IMG/VR virus record: IMGVR_UViG_3300049183_000031
Coordinates: 1-45,232 of that record
DNA length: 45,232 nucleotides
Source of the DNA: a virus
Lineage: Duplodnaviria; Caudoviricetes
Reading direction: 5' to 3' (one strand)
The notes under the pieces are model-generated. The model did not search any database. It had not been told where the DNA came from and was given only the letters and a program-made list of their open reading frames with translations. Made by a program: the position numbers and the translations under genes. Below are positions 1 through 8,626 of this stretch, piece by piece; position 1 is the first letter of the stretch, and the number at the start of each line of letters is the position of its first letter.

Positions 1-14
1 CCACCCGACCGGGG

Positions 15-66
15 TTGATCTTGCGCGATCCACATCTGATCAACTAGTGATCGTTTGATTGATCAA
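15..66. repeat. Phased GATC cluster, probably next to the packaging (cos/pac) site
   Basis: GATC at 17, 27, 38, 49, 61 (10-12 bp spacing), AT-richer, directly downstream of the HNH gene. Confidence 0.5.
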
Positions 67-407
67 CTTCGGCTGGCCTTGGCTCCGTTGCAGCTTCGGC
101 ACAGCACCTGCAGGGGGCCATCCCCGCGCCCACCTTGCGCAACAGAGTTGATGTGATCTGCGGTGAGGATGTTGGGGTGCACCACCTGGTGGGGTGGGCG
201 GTTCCAGCCTGGGCAGACCATGCCGTGCTGGGTGATGTGGGTGTCGACTGCTGCCTTGCGGCGCTGCTGCTCTGCTGCTGTGCGGGTGAGGTTGGTGGGG
301 CGTTGGGGGCGGGTGCGCTCCCGTATCCGTGTGCAGTCAGGGCAGCGTGACTTTGGGGTGAGCTTGCCGCAGCGTCGGGCGCCTATGCCTAGGCAGGGCC
401 GCAGCAC
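63..407 (-). CDS. HNH endonuclease (terminase-associated type)
   Basis: N-terminal Cys cluster; TADHI...GG...LQVLCRSCNGAK motif. Confidence 0.85.
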   Translation of the reverse strand: MLRPCLGIGARRCGKLTPKSRCPDCTRIRERTRPQRPTNLTRTAAEQQRRKAAVDTHITQHGMVCPGWNRPPHQVVHPNILTADHINSVAQGGRGDGPLQVLCRSCNGAKASRS

Positions 408-685
408 ACGCCCTGGCCCTCGCGGTGGACGGCCTCGAATCCGCCGTCTGGATCTGCCGGGCTGCCATGAACGATGCGGCCCGTGTTGAGGATCGGCACC
501 GTGTAGGTGACCTCAGCAACGGCGTTGCCCACAGCGAACGGTTTGCCGTCCTCGTTGACTACGAGGTAGGTGAGCTCCACATTGCTGGGGTCTGCCGTGA
601 CTCGGCGGAGGTGGGTGTAGTCAATGCCCAGGCCTTCAAGAGCCACCCGCAGCGCCGCGCGATCAATGACCTCGGGCACGTCCAT
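389..685 (-). CDS. hypothetical phage protein
   Basis: GGGGTGG RBS-like site upstream, coding-like composition. Confidence 0.7.
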   Translation of the reverse strand: MDVPEVIDRAALRVALEGLGIDYTHLRRVTADPSNVELTYLVVNEDGKPFAVGNAVAEVTYTVPILNTGRIVHGSPADPDGGFEAVHREGQGVCCGPA

Positions 686-731
686 CTAGTCCACCCCTTG
701 CGTTTGTGTGGTCGGCGGCGATACTCAGGGC

Positions 732-986
732 GTGCACAGAACGTCGGCCGCTACAGCGTTGGGGATCGCGGCCGGATTGCTGGTGGTCGCCCTGACGGCG
801 TTGGTGGGCGCGTTGGTGCAGGGTCCATCGCCTGTTCCGCCGCTCGGCCCGGCCTACTGCCAGCAGATCGGTGACTCGAACTGCGACGGGACGCTCGTTC
901 CGTCCGAGCCTGGCTGGGTGTGCGTACCGCCGGAGGGCGGTCCGCTGCGGTGTCCGCCCGAGGCGCAGCTGGTGGGTGGACGATGA
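732..986 (+). CDS. small membrane-anchored Cys-rich protein
   Basis: N-terminal hydrophobic helix, 4 Cys, GDSNCDG motif; GATACT -10-like box 6 nt before GTG 732. Confidence 0.6.
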   Translation: MHRTSAATALGIAAGLLVVALTALVGALVQGPSPVPPLGPAYCQQIGDSNCDGTLVPSEPGWVCVPPEGGPLRCPPEAQLVGGR

Positions 987-1195
987 CCCAACTGCTGTCG
1001 CCATGGTCGCGTCTATGGCGGGCCTGGTACTGGTGGAGGGCCCGTGGGTCAGCCCGGCCGTGGTCATGGAGCCGGCACTTCTCGTGGGCTGTGATGGTGT
1101 CGGCCCTAGCGGTACTGGTTGCCCTCGTGGTGCTGTAGCGGCACGTCACGGTGTGTCGGATGGGTGTCCGGTCGCCCAGGTAGTAGGATGACCAC

Positions 1196-1924
1196 ATGTC
1201 CGTGCGAGACCGTTCCAGGGTGAAGATGCCGTCCTGTCCGCAGTGCGGCGCCGTGATCGACGTTGACTGGATCGACGTCCGTGAGGTCGGGGACCGGCGT
1301 GCACTCTGGTTGCCCGGCCAGATGCGCTGTCCCACCAATGAGGACCACGACGTGACGTCGCTGTACGGCGCCGACTGGTGCCGGGAGACATTGCCGCTGT
1401 TCTACATCGACGACGGCCCCGGCACGACGGGCAACTTAAAGATCGACCAGGAATGGCACCGCGAGACGACCAACCTGCCGCAACCCGATCCACGGTGGGA
1501 GCACACCGACAGCAACGGGCACTATCACGCCCGCTCGGAAGATCAGGCCGACCCGTACCCAACGTTGTTGTCCCACGTCGAGCAAGCGGCGTGCGACGGT
1601 TCGTGTGGCGGGGTCTGCGACGGTGAAGGGTACTCGGTCACCCGCTACTTCTGCCGCGCCTGCCAGAATGAGATCGAGCCCGGGGTCGCGCGCGGCATGC
1701 ACCTCATCTCGATCCCCGGCCTGAAGTCGTGGACCGCCGAGGTGGCCGCGCGAGTACCGCTCGACGGGCCCGTTTCGGTGCGCGTGGACTGCGGCAACGA
1801 GGTGCTGTTCGGGATCGCCCAGTGCATATCCACCGAAGGTGGCCGGTTCGGTCCTGATGAGCCGACGCTGGAGTTCAAGTCCAGCCTGGTCGGTGTCGGT
1901 CCCCTGGGGAGGCGGAAGGCATGA
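1196..1924 (+). CDS. Zn-ribbon-containing hypothetical protein
   Basis: CPQC, CDGSCGGVC and CRAC motifs; TAGGAT 6 nt before ATG (leaderless). Confidence 0.75.
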   Translation: MSVRDRSRVKMPSCPQCGAVIDVDWIDVREVGDRRALWLPGQMRCPTNEDHDVTSLYGADWCRETLPLFYIDDGPGTTGNLKIDQEWHRETTNLPQPDPRWEHTDSNGHYHARSEDQADPYPTLLSHVEQAACDGSCGGVCDGEGYSVTRYFCRACQNEIEPGVARGMHLISIPGLKSWTAEVAARVPLDGPVSVRVDCGNEVLFGIAQCISTEGGRFGPDEPTLEFKSSLVGVGPLGRRKA

Positions 1925-2082
1925 CCGCCGTAATCGTCGTGGTGGCCGCTGTCGCCGCCCTCGCCAACCTGGGCTTCGCCATCAGGTCCTATCAAGGCGC
2001 CCGCCGAGCCGAACGGGCTGCAGAGCGGTCTCTAGCGGCCACCGCAGAATTGCTCGCCCACTTGAGGGGGCGAGCGCTGTGA
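1921..2082 (+). CDS. small membrane protein (53 aa)
   Basis: MTAVIVVVAAVAALANLGFAI...; ATGA and GTGA overlaps on both sides. Confidence 0.6.
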   Translation: MTAVIVVVAAVAALANLGFAIRSYQGARRAERAAERSLAATAELLAHLRGRAL

Positions 2083-2206
2083 GCTGGTCAGACGCGATAT
2101 TAATCGGCGGTTTGGCCATACTGCTGGCCACGCTCGACGCGGGCGACTACAACGAGCTCTGGAGAGGCTTCCTCAACGGCCTACGGTTACTCACGAGGTG
2201 CAAGCG

Positions 2207-2428
2207 GTGACCACACCCCGCACCCTCGACCAGATCCGCGCCATCAAGGACCCCGCCGAGGCAGGTCGAGCCATCAAGGCGTACGTCGAGCGGATCGACA
2301 GCAAGCGGTCCGAGGCTCTAAGGTTCCGCGACGAGTTGATCCGTCGGTATTTGGCCACTCACTCCATCAGCCAGACGGCCGCTGCGTTCGGCGTGAGCGT
2401 GACGACGGTGAAGGTGGCGAAGCGCTAG
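2207..2428 (+). CDS. small HTH DNA-binding protein
   Basis: SISQTAAAFGVSVTTVK helix-turn-helix. Confidence 0.7.
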   Translation: MTTPRTLDQIRAIKDPAEAGRAIKAYVERIDSKRSEALRFRDELIRRYLATHSISQTAAAFGVSVTTVKVAKR

Positions 2429-2639
2429 CCGCTGAGCGGGTCGTGCTCCGGGCACAGCACCAGCGCCGCCAGATGGCCAACGTCCTCCTCGCCCAACGGC
2501 ACGTCCTGGACGCGGACCAGGAACACCACCGAGCCGGGACAGCCGCAGAAGCCCTGCTCCTCGGATGGCATAGGTTGATTCGACCCGCACGCGTTCCTTC
2601 ATGCCGCGGCGCTTCCAGACCTCTCCAACCTGGGGGGCG

Positions 2640-2684
2640 TCATCCTCGGTCATGGTGGGATGCTCCTAAGTTAGGAGGACGGTG
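2640..2684. repeat. 45-bp direct repeat, copy 1 (copy 2 at 4465-4509)
   Basis: 39/45 identical, with identical 21-mer TCCTAAGTTAGGAGGACGGTG. Confidence 0.9.
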
Positions 2685-2904
2685 AGGAACACGCGGCCTC
2701 AGCCATGGCGTCGTTCACCACGAAGACCTCGACGCCGCTCCCGAAGAACAGCACCTTGACGCCCTCCGGCAGGTTGTCCGTGAGGAGAGCGCGCAGGCGG
2801 TCCATCTCTGCTTCGCTCGGCCCGCCAGGCAGCTTCACGCACAGGGTCTCGCCTGGCTTGACATCCAGTCGGCGGATGGACTCGACCTCGATGGTCTCGC
2901 TCAC
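2671..2904 (-). CDS. hypothetical phage protein
   Basis: RBS; stop codon lies inside the repeat. Confidence 0.7.
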   Translation of the reverse strand: MSETIEVESIRRLDVKPGETLCVKLPGGPSEAEMDRLRALLTDNLPEGVKVLFFGSGVEVFVVNDAMAEAACSSPSS

Positions 2905-2929
2905 GTACTACTCCCTGCAGTAGCAACGG

Positions 2930-3247
2930 TCACCCTTTGAGGGAGCGGATCGCCTCGGCTATCCGTTCCAGATCCCTCAGGCAGCGGTTCAGCACTGTCT
3001 GATCGTGCGGCTTTGGTGCGGGCGGCCCCGGCTGCCCGAGCGTGACCCGTCCGAAGGCAAGCCACGCTGGGTCGACACCGAGGATCTCCGCGATCCGTTC
3101 CGCGTCCACTACGAGCGGGCGCTGCCGGTCCGCCTCCATGTTGGCGATTGACGACCGCGTCATGTCGATCTTCTTGGCGAGGTCGTCCTGAGTCAGGCCC
3201 GCAGCCTTGCGGCAGTGGCGCAGGCGGGACCCGTAGGTCTCGGTCAC
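2930..3247 (-). CDS. XRE-family HTH regulator
   Basis: GSRLRHCRKAAGLTQDDLAKKIDMTRSSIANMEAD. Confidence 0.88.
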   Translation of the reverse strand: MTETYGSRLRHCRKAAGLTQDDLAKKIDMTRSSIANMEADRQRPLVVDAERIAEILGVDPAWLAFGRVTLGQPGPPAPKPHDQTVLNRCLRDLERIAEAIRSLKG

Positions 3248-3549
3248 GCGTCGGCGCCGTAAGCCGCGTCCCGGGCACGGCGCAGGGCGCGGATGAGGCG
3301 GTTGATGCCCTCGCGGTCCAGTGTGGCGAACCAGCCGGTCATCTCGTACTCGCCGGTGGTCTCCCCGCCCGCCAGGAACCGGAACGGGAACTTGCCGTCA
3401 CCACCAACGAACGGCGCGGCGGCGTTGGTCGTGCCGATCTGCACGTCCTTGCCAGCGTCCCAGCCGACCACAACGCGCATGTCGTCGACGAGCGCGCAGT
3501 TGATGTTCTCCTTGGGCATGATTCCTCCATCACGGATTCGGCCCATCAC
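3244..3549 (-). CDS. conserved actinophage hypothetical protein
   Basis: LDREGINRLIRALRRARDAAYGAD C-terminal motif. Confidence 0.75.
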   Translation of the reverse strand: MMGRIRDGGIMPKENINCALVDDMRVVVGWDAGKDVQIGTTNAAAPFVGGDGKFPFRFLAGGETTGEYEMTGWFATLDREGINRLIRALRRARDAAYGADA

Positions 3550-4324
3550 GGGCCCCTTTTTGTTACGAGAGAGCGACGCTCAGCAGCATGGACTGCAGCC
3601 GGGCAGCCAACGAAGCACGCCGCTGGCACCACACCTTGAACTCCCGGCGTGACCCGTGGTCAAGGGCGCGGTCGATGCGGGCGTCGGTGTCCAACAGTTG
3701 GATGTGGAGGCCGGCTATCTGGGCTGAGGGAGTAGCGGTTGCAAGCATCGCGCACCGCGACCAGCTCAGACCCGGGTGGCGCGGTCGACGAGCTCGATGA
3801 AGTGGAGGTCGAGGCTCCGCCGTGCGCGGCGCTTGGTCCAGCCGTGGCCGGCACGGGTCCACGCGTTGCTCGTGGTCGGCTCCGCAAGGTAGCCGTTCCA
3901 GTAGGAGCGCCGCCGGGACCCGCTCCTAAATCCCGAGCGGAGCTTCCTGAACGCCCAGCCCAGGTGTGACGGCGCCCGAAGGGCCGTTCGCCACACGATG
4001 AGCAGGTCATGCAATGCCCCGACGGGGTAGATGCTGACCCCGTCGTCCACCGCGTGCATCATTTCGTCCCGCCTCTCAAGTCGTGATCTCCGCCAGCTTG
4101 GCGCGGCTCCCCGGGCTAGACGGGCAGCGGGAGCATCGCGCACCCACATCCCACCGTCGGGCGGATCACCACCATGGAAGCGGTGATGGTCCAGTGGGGG
4201 CAGTACCAGCACGGTGCGCCCGCCCACTCGTCGACGGAGCGGGAGACCGCCGGCGTGCCGCGGTCAAAGGCTGCCTCGACGTCGGCAACGGGTTCGTCGT
4301 CCTCGTAGAAGTCGCCGGACTGGA

Positions 4325-4468
4325 TCATCGTTCGACTTCGGGGTAGTGCCGGGACAGGACATCAATCGCCGTGTCAACGGCTCCACCCTGGGGCTCGCCG
4401 GGAACGTTCTCCATGATGAAGTCGGCGAGGCGCTCGATCTGGCTCTTCAATGACTCGGACATCATCAT
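4325..4468 (-). CDS. small hypothetical protein (47 aa)
   Basis: Manual translation MMMSESLKSQIERLADFIMENVPGEPQGGAVDTAIDVL... Confidence 0.6.
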   Translation of the reverse strand: MMMSESLKSQIERLADFIMENVPGEPQGGAVDTAIDVLSRHYPEVER

Positions 4469-4509
4469 CCTCGGTTCTGGGGTGGTGTTCCTAAGTTAGG
4501 AGGACGGTG
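4465..4509. repeat. 45-bp direct repeat, copy 2
   Basis: Matches 2640-2684. Confidence 0.9.
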
Positions 4510-4818
4510 GCTGTCCGTGCGGTACATGACCGAGGTGCTCCTGGCACTGGCAGCCATCGACCGGCCCCCAGTTCGGGCACAGGCTGTCGACGCCTAGGAG
4601 GTGAGCCAGGCGTAGATCTTCTTCGCGCTCTCCACCACGGCGTCGGCCGGATCGGTGGCGGTATCGCGCTCTCCCGGCGCCGCCGAGGTGATGACGTCCC
4701 GGTGGAGGGAACTTGCAATGTTGATGGCGAACTCGCGTTGCTGCGCGTCGGTGTGGGTCAGATCGTGAGACACGGGCAATTTCCTTTGTCATAGAAGGGG
4801 GCTTCGGGAAAAGTGAAA

Positions 4819-5313
4819 TCAGGCCGGGCCGGTCAGGACCCGGGTCAAATCCCCCGGCGTGACGTCCATCGGGTCCCGGCCGTCCTGGAACATGTGCAGC
4901 CCGGCTCGCAGATACACGAGGTCACAGAGTTGTGAGCAGATGAGGTGCCCCGTGTCCTCCACGTACCGCTTCAACCAGGCCGGCCGGATGCGGAACCGCA
5001 CCAACGCGAGGCTCAGGTAGTCCAGCCACGAGTACGGCGTCCCCTCCAGGGGCCGTGCTGCGGCCACCAGATCGGCCCGCTGGGCGTCTGTCAGGTCCCA
5101 GCTGGAATACACCGCGTTGGTGCCGTCGTAGTTCGACAGGGGGACGATGCGGGCACCGCCGGGTTCGGCCTCCAGGACCTCGCCGTTGTCCAGGACGAGG
5201 AAGGCGTGGTGGAAGTCGCCGAACCCGTCTCCGAGAAGTCCCTGGCCGAGGCGGACCAGCAGGCCGCCCATGCCGGAGATGGAGACCAAGCCGAAGTCGC
5301 CGGGGAGAGGCAT
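4819..5313 (-). CDS. permuted papain-like (YiiX/YebB-type NlpC/P60) amidase
   Basis: PGDF...HHAFLV...VLEAEPGG...GTPY...LICSQL...VTPGDL; His precedes Cys. Confidence 0.8.
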   Translation of the reverse strand: MPLPGDFGLVSISGMGGLLVRLGQGLLGDGFGDFHHAFLVLDNGEVLEAEPGGARIVPLSNYDGTNAVYSSWDLTDAQRADLVAAARPLEGTPYSWLDYLSLALVRFRIRPAWLKRYVEDTGHLICSQLCDLVYLRAGLHMFQDGRDPMDVTPGDLTRVLTGPA

Positions 5314-5533
5314 CAGGAGCGCTGCTCCGGATGGCCCGCGCGCATGAGTGCGTCGAGGATCTTCGGCGTCAGGTCGTACCAGTAGTTGTCCAGGTGCAAA
5401 TGCCGCGCCTGCTCCAGAGCCCGCTTCTCCGGGCCGCCCTCGGAGACCGTGGCGTATGCGGTGGCGAAATGGCGGTCCAGCCATTCCCGGACGGCGCGGT
5501 CGATGATCTCGTTGAGGGGCGCGCCCGGGTCAT

Positions 5534-5785
5534 TCATATGACTGCCAGCCCTTCGCAGCGTGGTAGGTCGGGCATCGCCTCGGCGAAGCGGGCGCAGTCC
5601 CCACATGACGGGCAGCCGAAACGCTCAGGAAGCGACAGCGCTGAGCCGCGCCCGGCGGACCACGCCTTCTGATGCTCTTCGCGGCAGAAGTCCCCCGAGG
5701 GGCTGTCCCCAAGCGGGCCTTGGCAGTGCTGGCATCCGATGGCCGCTTCGATCGCGTCCAGGAAGTCGCCGGGGAGCGGGGGCAT
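5534..5785 (-). CDS. Zn-finger hypothetical protein; shares N-terminal domain with 10886-11470
   Basis: AIEAAIGCQHCQGPLGDSPSGDFC. Confidence 0.7.
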   Translation of the reverse strand: MPPLPGDFLDAIEAAIGCQHCQGPLGDSPSGDFCREEHQKAWSAGRGSALSLPERFGCPSCGDCARFAEAMPDLPRCEGLAVI

Positions 5786-5999
5786 CGTTCACCCCCTGAG
5801 ACGGGCGGACCCCGGAGCGGTTGGCGCCACTCCGGGGTCCTACTTGGGCACTGCGGGCGAGGAAAGGAGCTCAGCGGTGCTCACGGGCCGCTGAGAATCC
5901 GGACCGGTCCTGCCCGTGACAGGTGGACTCCGGTCCGTCCCAGGCCCGTCCCGCGGTCGAGGCACTGGGGGTTTCACGGTGCCGAGAAGACTGGCACCT

Positions 6000-6152
6000 C
6001 TAGCTTTGGGGGGGCCGGAGGTGCTGTTCCCACAGTTCCCGGCCGTGGCGCTTGTTCCGGCATGTGCTCTTCCAACCGCATTGGCAACCAACGACCCGGG
6101 CAGGGTACCCACGCCCATGTGGTCGCTGCATGATGTGCTGGTCGATGTTCAT
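6000..6152 (-). CDS. small Zn-finger protein
   Basis: H...CQCGW...H pattern. Confidence 0.5.
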   Translation of the reverse strand: MNIDQHIMQRPHGRGYPARVVGCQCGWKSTCRNKRHGRELWEQHLRPPQS

Positions 6153-6282
6153 GCCCGCCGATCCAAGAGCCGAGCCGCCATTGTAGAGCAACCCTCGCCC
6201 GGCGGCTAGACGAGGAGAGATGAGGTGGCAGAGTATTCCTTGCCCCTGCCAGGGCTGGTACCTGGTCGTAACCAGGCCCTCG

Positions 6283-6356
6283 TCGCGCTGGCCGGATTCG
6301 AACCGGCGACCTACGGGTTATGGGCCCGTTGAGCTACCGAACTGCTCTACAGCGCT
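6283..6356 (-). tRNA. tRNA-Met(CAT), initiator (fMet) type, no encoded CCA
   Basis: AGCGCTG TA GAGC AGTTCGGTA GCTC A ACGGG CCCATAA CCCGT AGGTC GCCGG TTCGAAT CCGGC CAGCGCG A; 1:72 mismatch, A11:U24, three G:C pairs in the anticodon stem. Confidence 0.92.
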
Positions 6357-6553
6357 ATGGGAGACCCAGCCCGTCTAGCGGACTGGGTGGGTGAGGCGCC
6401 AGCCGGGCTGACGGCCGCCGCGTAGACGAACCTCTCAAGCCAGCACGGATTCGCACCGTGGCCGCTGGCGCGGAATGTGCCTACACCGGTCATTGCACTC
6501 GGGTCAGCCCATCAGCGGACCATCGCCCCTTGGGGACAGATGACCACAGTGAC

Positions 6554-6582
6554 ATGATCGGGGTGATATTGGGTCCCGTCAA
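6554..6582 (-). promoter_or_regulatory. putative promoter for the tRNA/leftward transcript
   Basis: TTGACG-17 nt-GATCAT. Confidence 0.45.
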
Positions 6583-6779
6583 GCGACGCGCCGACGCTCG
6601 GGGATATTTCCCAGGATCTTCCGACAGGCAGCTTCGTCGTAGAAGGCTCGGCCATCCCGGTACTCGGCGACAGGGCATCGGAGTCTGATGGTGTGCTCAG
6701 ACCGCTTGGTCCAGGCCGCCAAGGCCTGCCGATCCATCAGCCATCGGTCCCCGAGGTCGACTACCAACACCCGCGCCAC
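6579..6779 (-). CDS. small HTH-like protein
   Basis: DRQALAAWTKRSEHTIR...GRAFYD. Confidence 0.6.
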   Translation of the reverse strand: MARVLVVDLGDRWLMDRQALAAWTKRSEHTIRLRCPVAEYRDGRAFYDEAACRKILGNIPERRRVA

Positions 6780-7290
6780 CTGCTTTCAGCCGGGCGATGT
6801 GGATCTCCAGCGACCCTTCTAGGCGGAACCACTCGCCGTGTGTCCTCAGACGACTGAACTGTACGTGACGATCCTTCTCGGTCTGCATATTGCCTGGCTC
6901 GGCCGCCATCAACTCCTCTGGGTTGATGGCGGCGAGCCGCGAGACGAGGTTGGAGCTATAACCGATCTTGACGCGATTCCCGATACGCATGTAGTACACG
7001 ACCTCACCGTCGGTCACCGGCGCTACGGCTGGCCGGGACTGAATCGGCCTACCAATGCCGTGCGCATGATTCCGTCTTCCAACATCGATTGCGCGTTGGA
7101 CAACTTCGGGATCGGCTATGTCGAACTCGAGGCCCGCCAGTTGCATAATCGCCCGGATGATGTCCATCAGGGCCGGGTCCTTGGGATCTATCATGTCCGC
7201 CGCAGCAGAACTGGCCCTGGCAAAGTACTCGTGCTCGGGCTCTCGCTGCCACATCACGTCGGCGCGAATCCGTCTAGGTCTCGGCACCAC
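6697..7290 (-). CDS. GIY-YIG (T5orf172-like) domain protein
   Basis: VVYYMRIGNRVKIGYS...E..RH.QF...GEWF; start uncertain. Confidence 0.8.
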   Translation of the reverse strand: MVPRPRRIRADVMWQREPEHEYFARASSAAADMIDPKDPALMDIIRAIMQLAGLEFDIADPEVVQRAIDVGRRNHAHGIGRPIQSRPAVAPVTDGEVVYYMRIGNRVKIGYSSNLVSRLAAINPEELMAAEPGNMQTEKDRHVQFSRLRTHGEWFRLEGSLEIHIARLKAGGAGVGSRPRGPMADGSAGLGGLDQAV

Positions 7291-7318
7291 GCCATTCTCC
7301 CATGTGGTACCGACATTT

Positions 7319-7978
7319 TCAGGACACCAGGCCCATGGTCCTGCCAAGATGCAGCCACTCCCGCCTGGACCACTCGCGGCGACAGGATCGACACTTGATG
7401 ACGTCGCCATCGAGCGGCGCAAACAACGGTGTCCCGCAGGTCCTGCCGCCGATGAGTGACGGGCACTTTCCCACCGGCAACGGCTTGTGTTCGCCGTTGT
7501 ACTCCCGGAGCTCGCCGCGGACCTCCCGGAGTTCCTTCCACATGTCGTCCACCCAGGGTTGGCGGGTGATGAAGTCCATGCGCTTGAGCAGTAGGCCCGC
7601 CTCCGAGGTGACGGTGGCATGGCCCTGCGCCGCCTGGCCGACCTCTTCGCGAACCATCCGGGCCCACGACTCCAGCACCACCAGCGGGTTGTGGTAGCGG
7701 GCCTCCTCCGTCCATGTGGTGCGGCGGTCGGTGAGGACGATGGTCGTGTCGTTCGCCGGCGAGCGGGAGCCGAAGCCGGGTGCTCGGCGGGCGCCGTCGG
7801 ACCGCTGCGGGAGCAGGGCACCGGGGGCGGCGAGGGTGGCGTAGAGCCGGCGTATCTCGTCCAGGCATTCCTTGATCTTCTCCACGCACTGGTCGCATGT
7901 CATGTAACCGGGGGTCGCGCGGCGCGGCGGGGTTTTGCGACAGGTGACGCAGAGAACCCGGGTCTCCTGGGTGGTCAT
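7319..7978 (-). CDS. multi Zn-ribbon phage protein, possible late-gene regulator
   Basis: CVTC/CDQC at N-terminus, GKCP...CG...CRSCRREW at C-terminus. Confidence 0.7.
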   Translation of the reverse strand: MTTQETRVLCVTCRKTPPRRATPGYMTCDQCVEKIKECLDEIRRLYATLAAPGALLPQRSDGARRAPGFGSRSPANDTTIVLTDRRTTWTEEARYHNPLVVLESWARMVREEVGQAAQGHATVTSEAGLLLKRMDFITRQPWVDDMWKELREVRGELREYNGEHKPLPVGKCPSLIGGRTCGTPLFAPLDGDVIKCRSCRREWSRREWLHLGRTMGLVS

Positions 7979-8132
7979 GGGGACTCCCCGCAGGACTGTG
8001 CTGGCCGGCTCGGGCAGTGATCGCTATCTAGCGGACGATCCGCCGGCAGCCACCGCGATCCGCACCAGCACTCCCAGACATTCACGCCGTTGACGGTGAC
8101 CGCTCGACCCTTGTGGATACGTGTTTCGGCGG

Positions 8133-8408
8133 TCATGGCTGCTCACCCTTCGGCTCGCCCGACAACCACTTGAGCAGGCCAATGACGTTCGACAGCTGCA
8201 TGTCCCCGCCGCGTTCGAACCGGCTGATGCTGTTGAGATTCACCCCGGATTCGGCGGCGACATCCCGCAGGGACAGCTTGCGCGCCCTGCGCGACTCCTT
8301 CACCGCGACTCGGAGGTTGGCCAGCACCTCGAACACCTCGCGGTAGGAGACAAGCCGATTGGGGTAACCGCCGTGCTTGCGCTGGCTTTGCCGCCGTGGC
8401 TCGGTCAT
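8133..8408 (-). CDS. XRE-family HTH protein
   Basis: RRARKLSLRDVAAESGVNLNSISRFERG. Confidence 0.85.
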   Translation of the reverse strand: MTEPRRQSQRKHGGYPNRLVSYREVFEVLANLRVAVKESRRARKLSLRDVAAESGVNLNSISRFERGGDMQLSNVIGLLKWLSGEPKGEQP

Positions 8409-8626
8409 TCGCGGTCACATCCGCAGGTAAGGGTGTGGCGGTCGCCGTGCTTGCCGTCGGGGCCGAGGGGACGCTGGCGGTCAACGTCGTCGATGAGGCG
8501 CTGGAGCCGATCGGTGTGCTCGGCCAGCCGGGGGTCGTCGGCGAAGGTAAACGCGATCGCGGACTGCGCGACGCACAGGGTCTCGCGGACCATCTTGAGG
8601 GTGTCCGTGGTGCAGATGGTGGTCAT
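8405..8626 (-). CDS. hypothetical protein
   Basis: RPLGPDGKHGDRHTLTCGC tail; coupled overlaps. Confidence 0.7.
   Translation of the reverse strand: MTTICTTDTLKMVRETLCVAQSAIAFTFADDPRLAEHTDRLQRLIDDVDRQRPLGPDGKHGDRHTLTCGCDRE

Noticed and set aside
6103-6112. GGGTACCCAC as a third RHH operator
   Set aside because: Partial match inside a coding region, not at a promoter.
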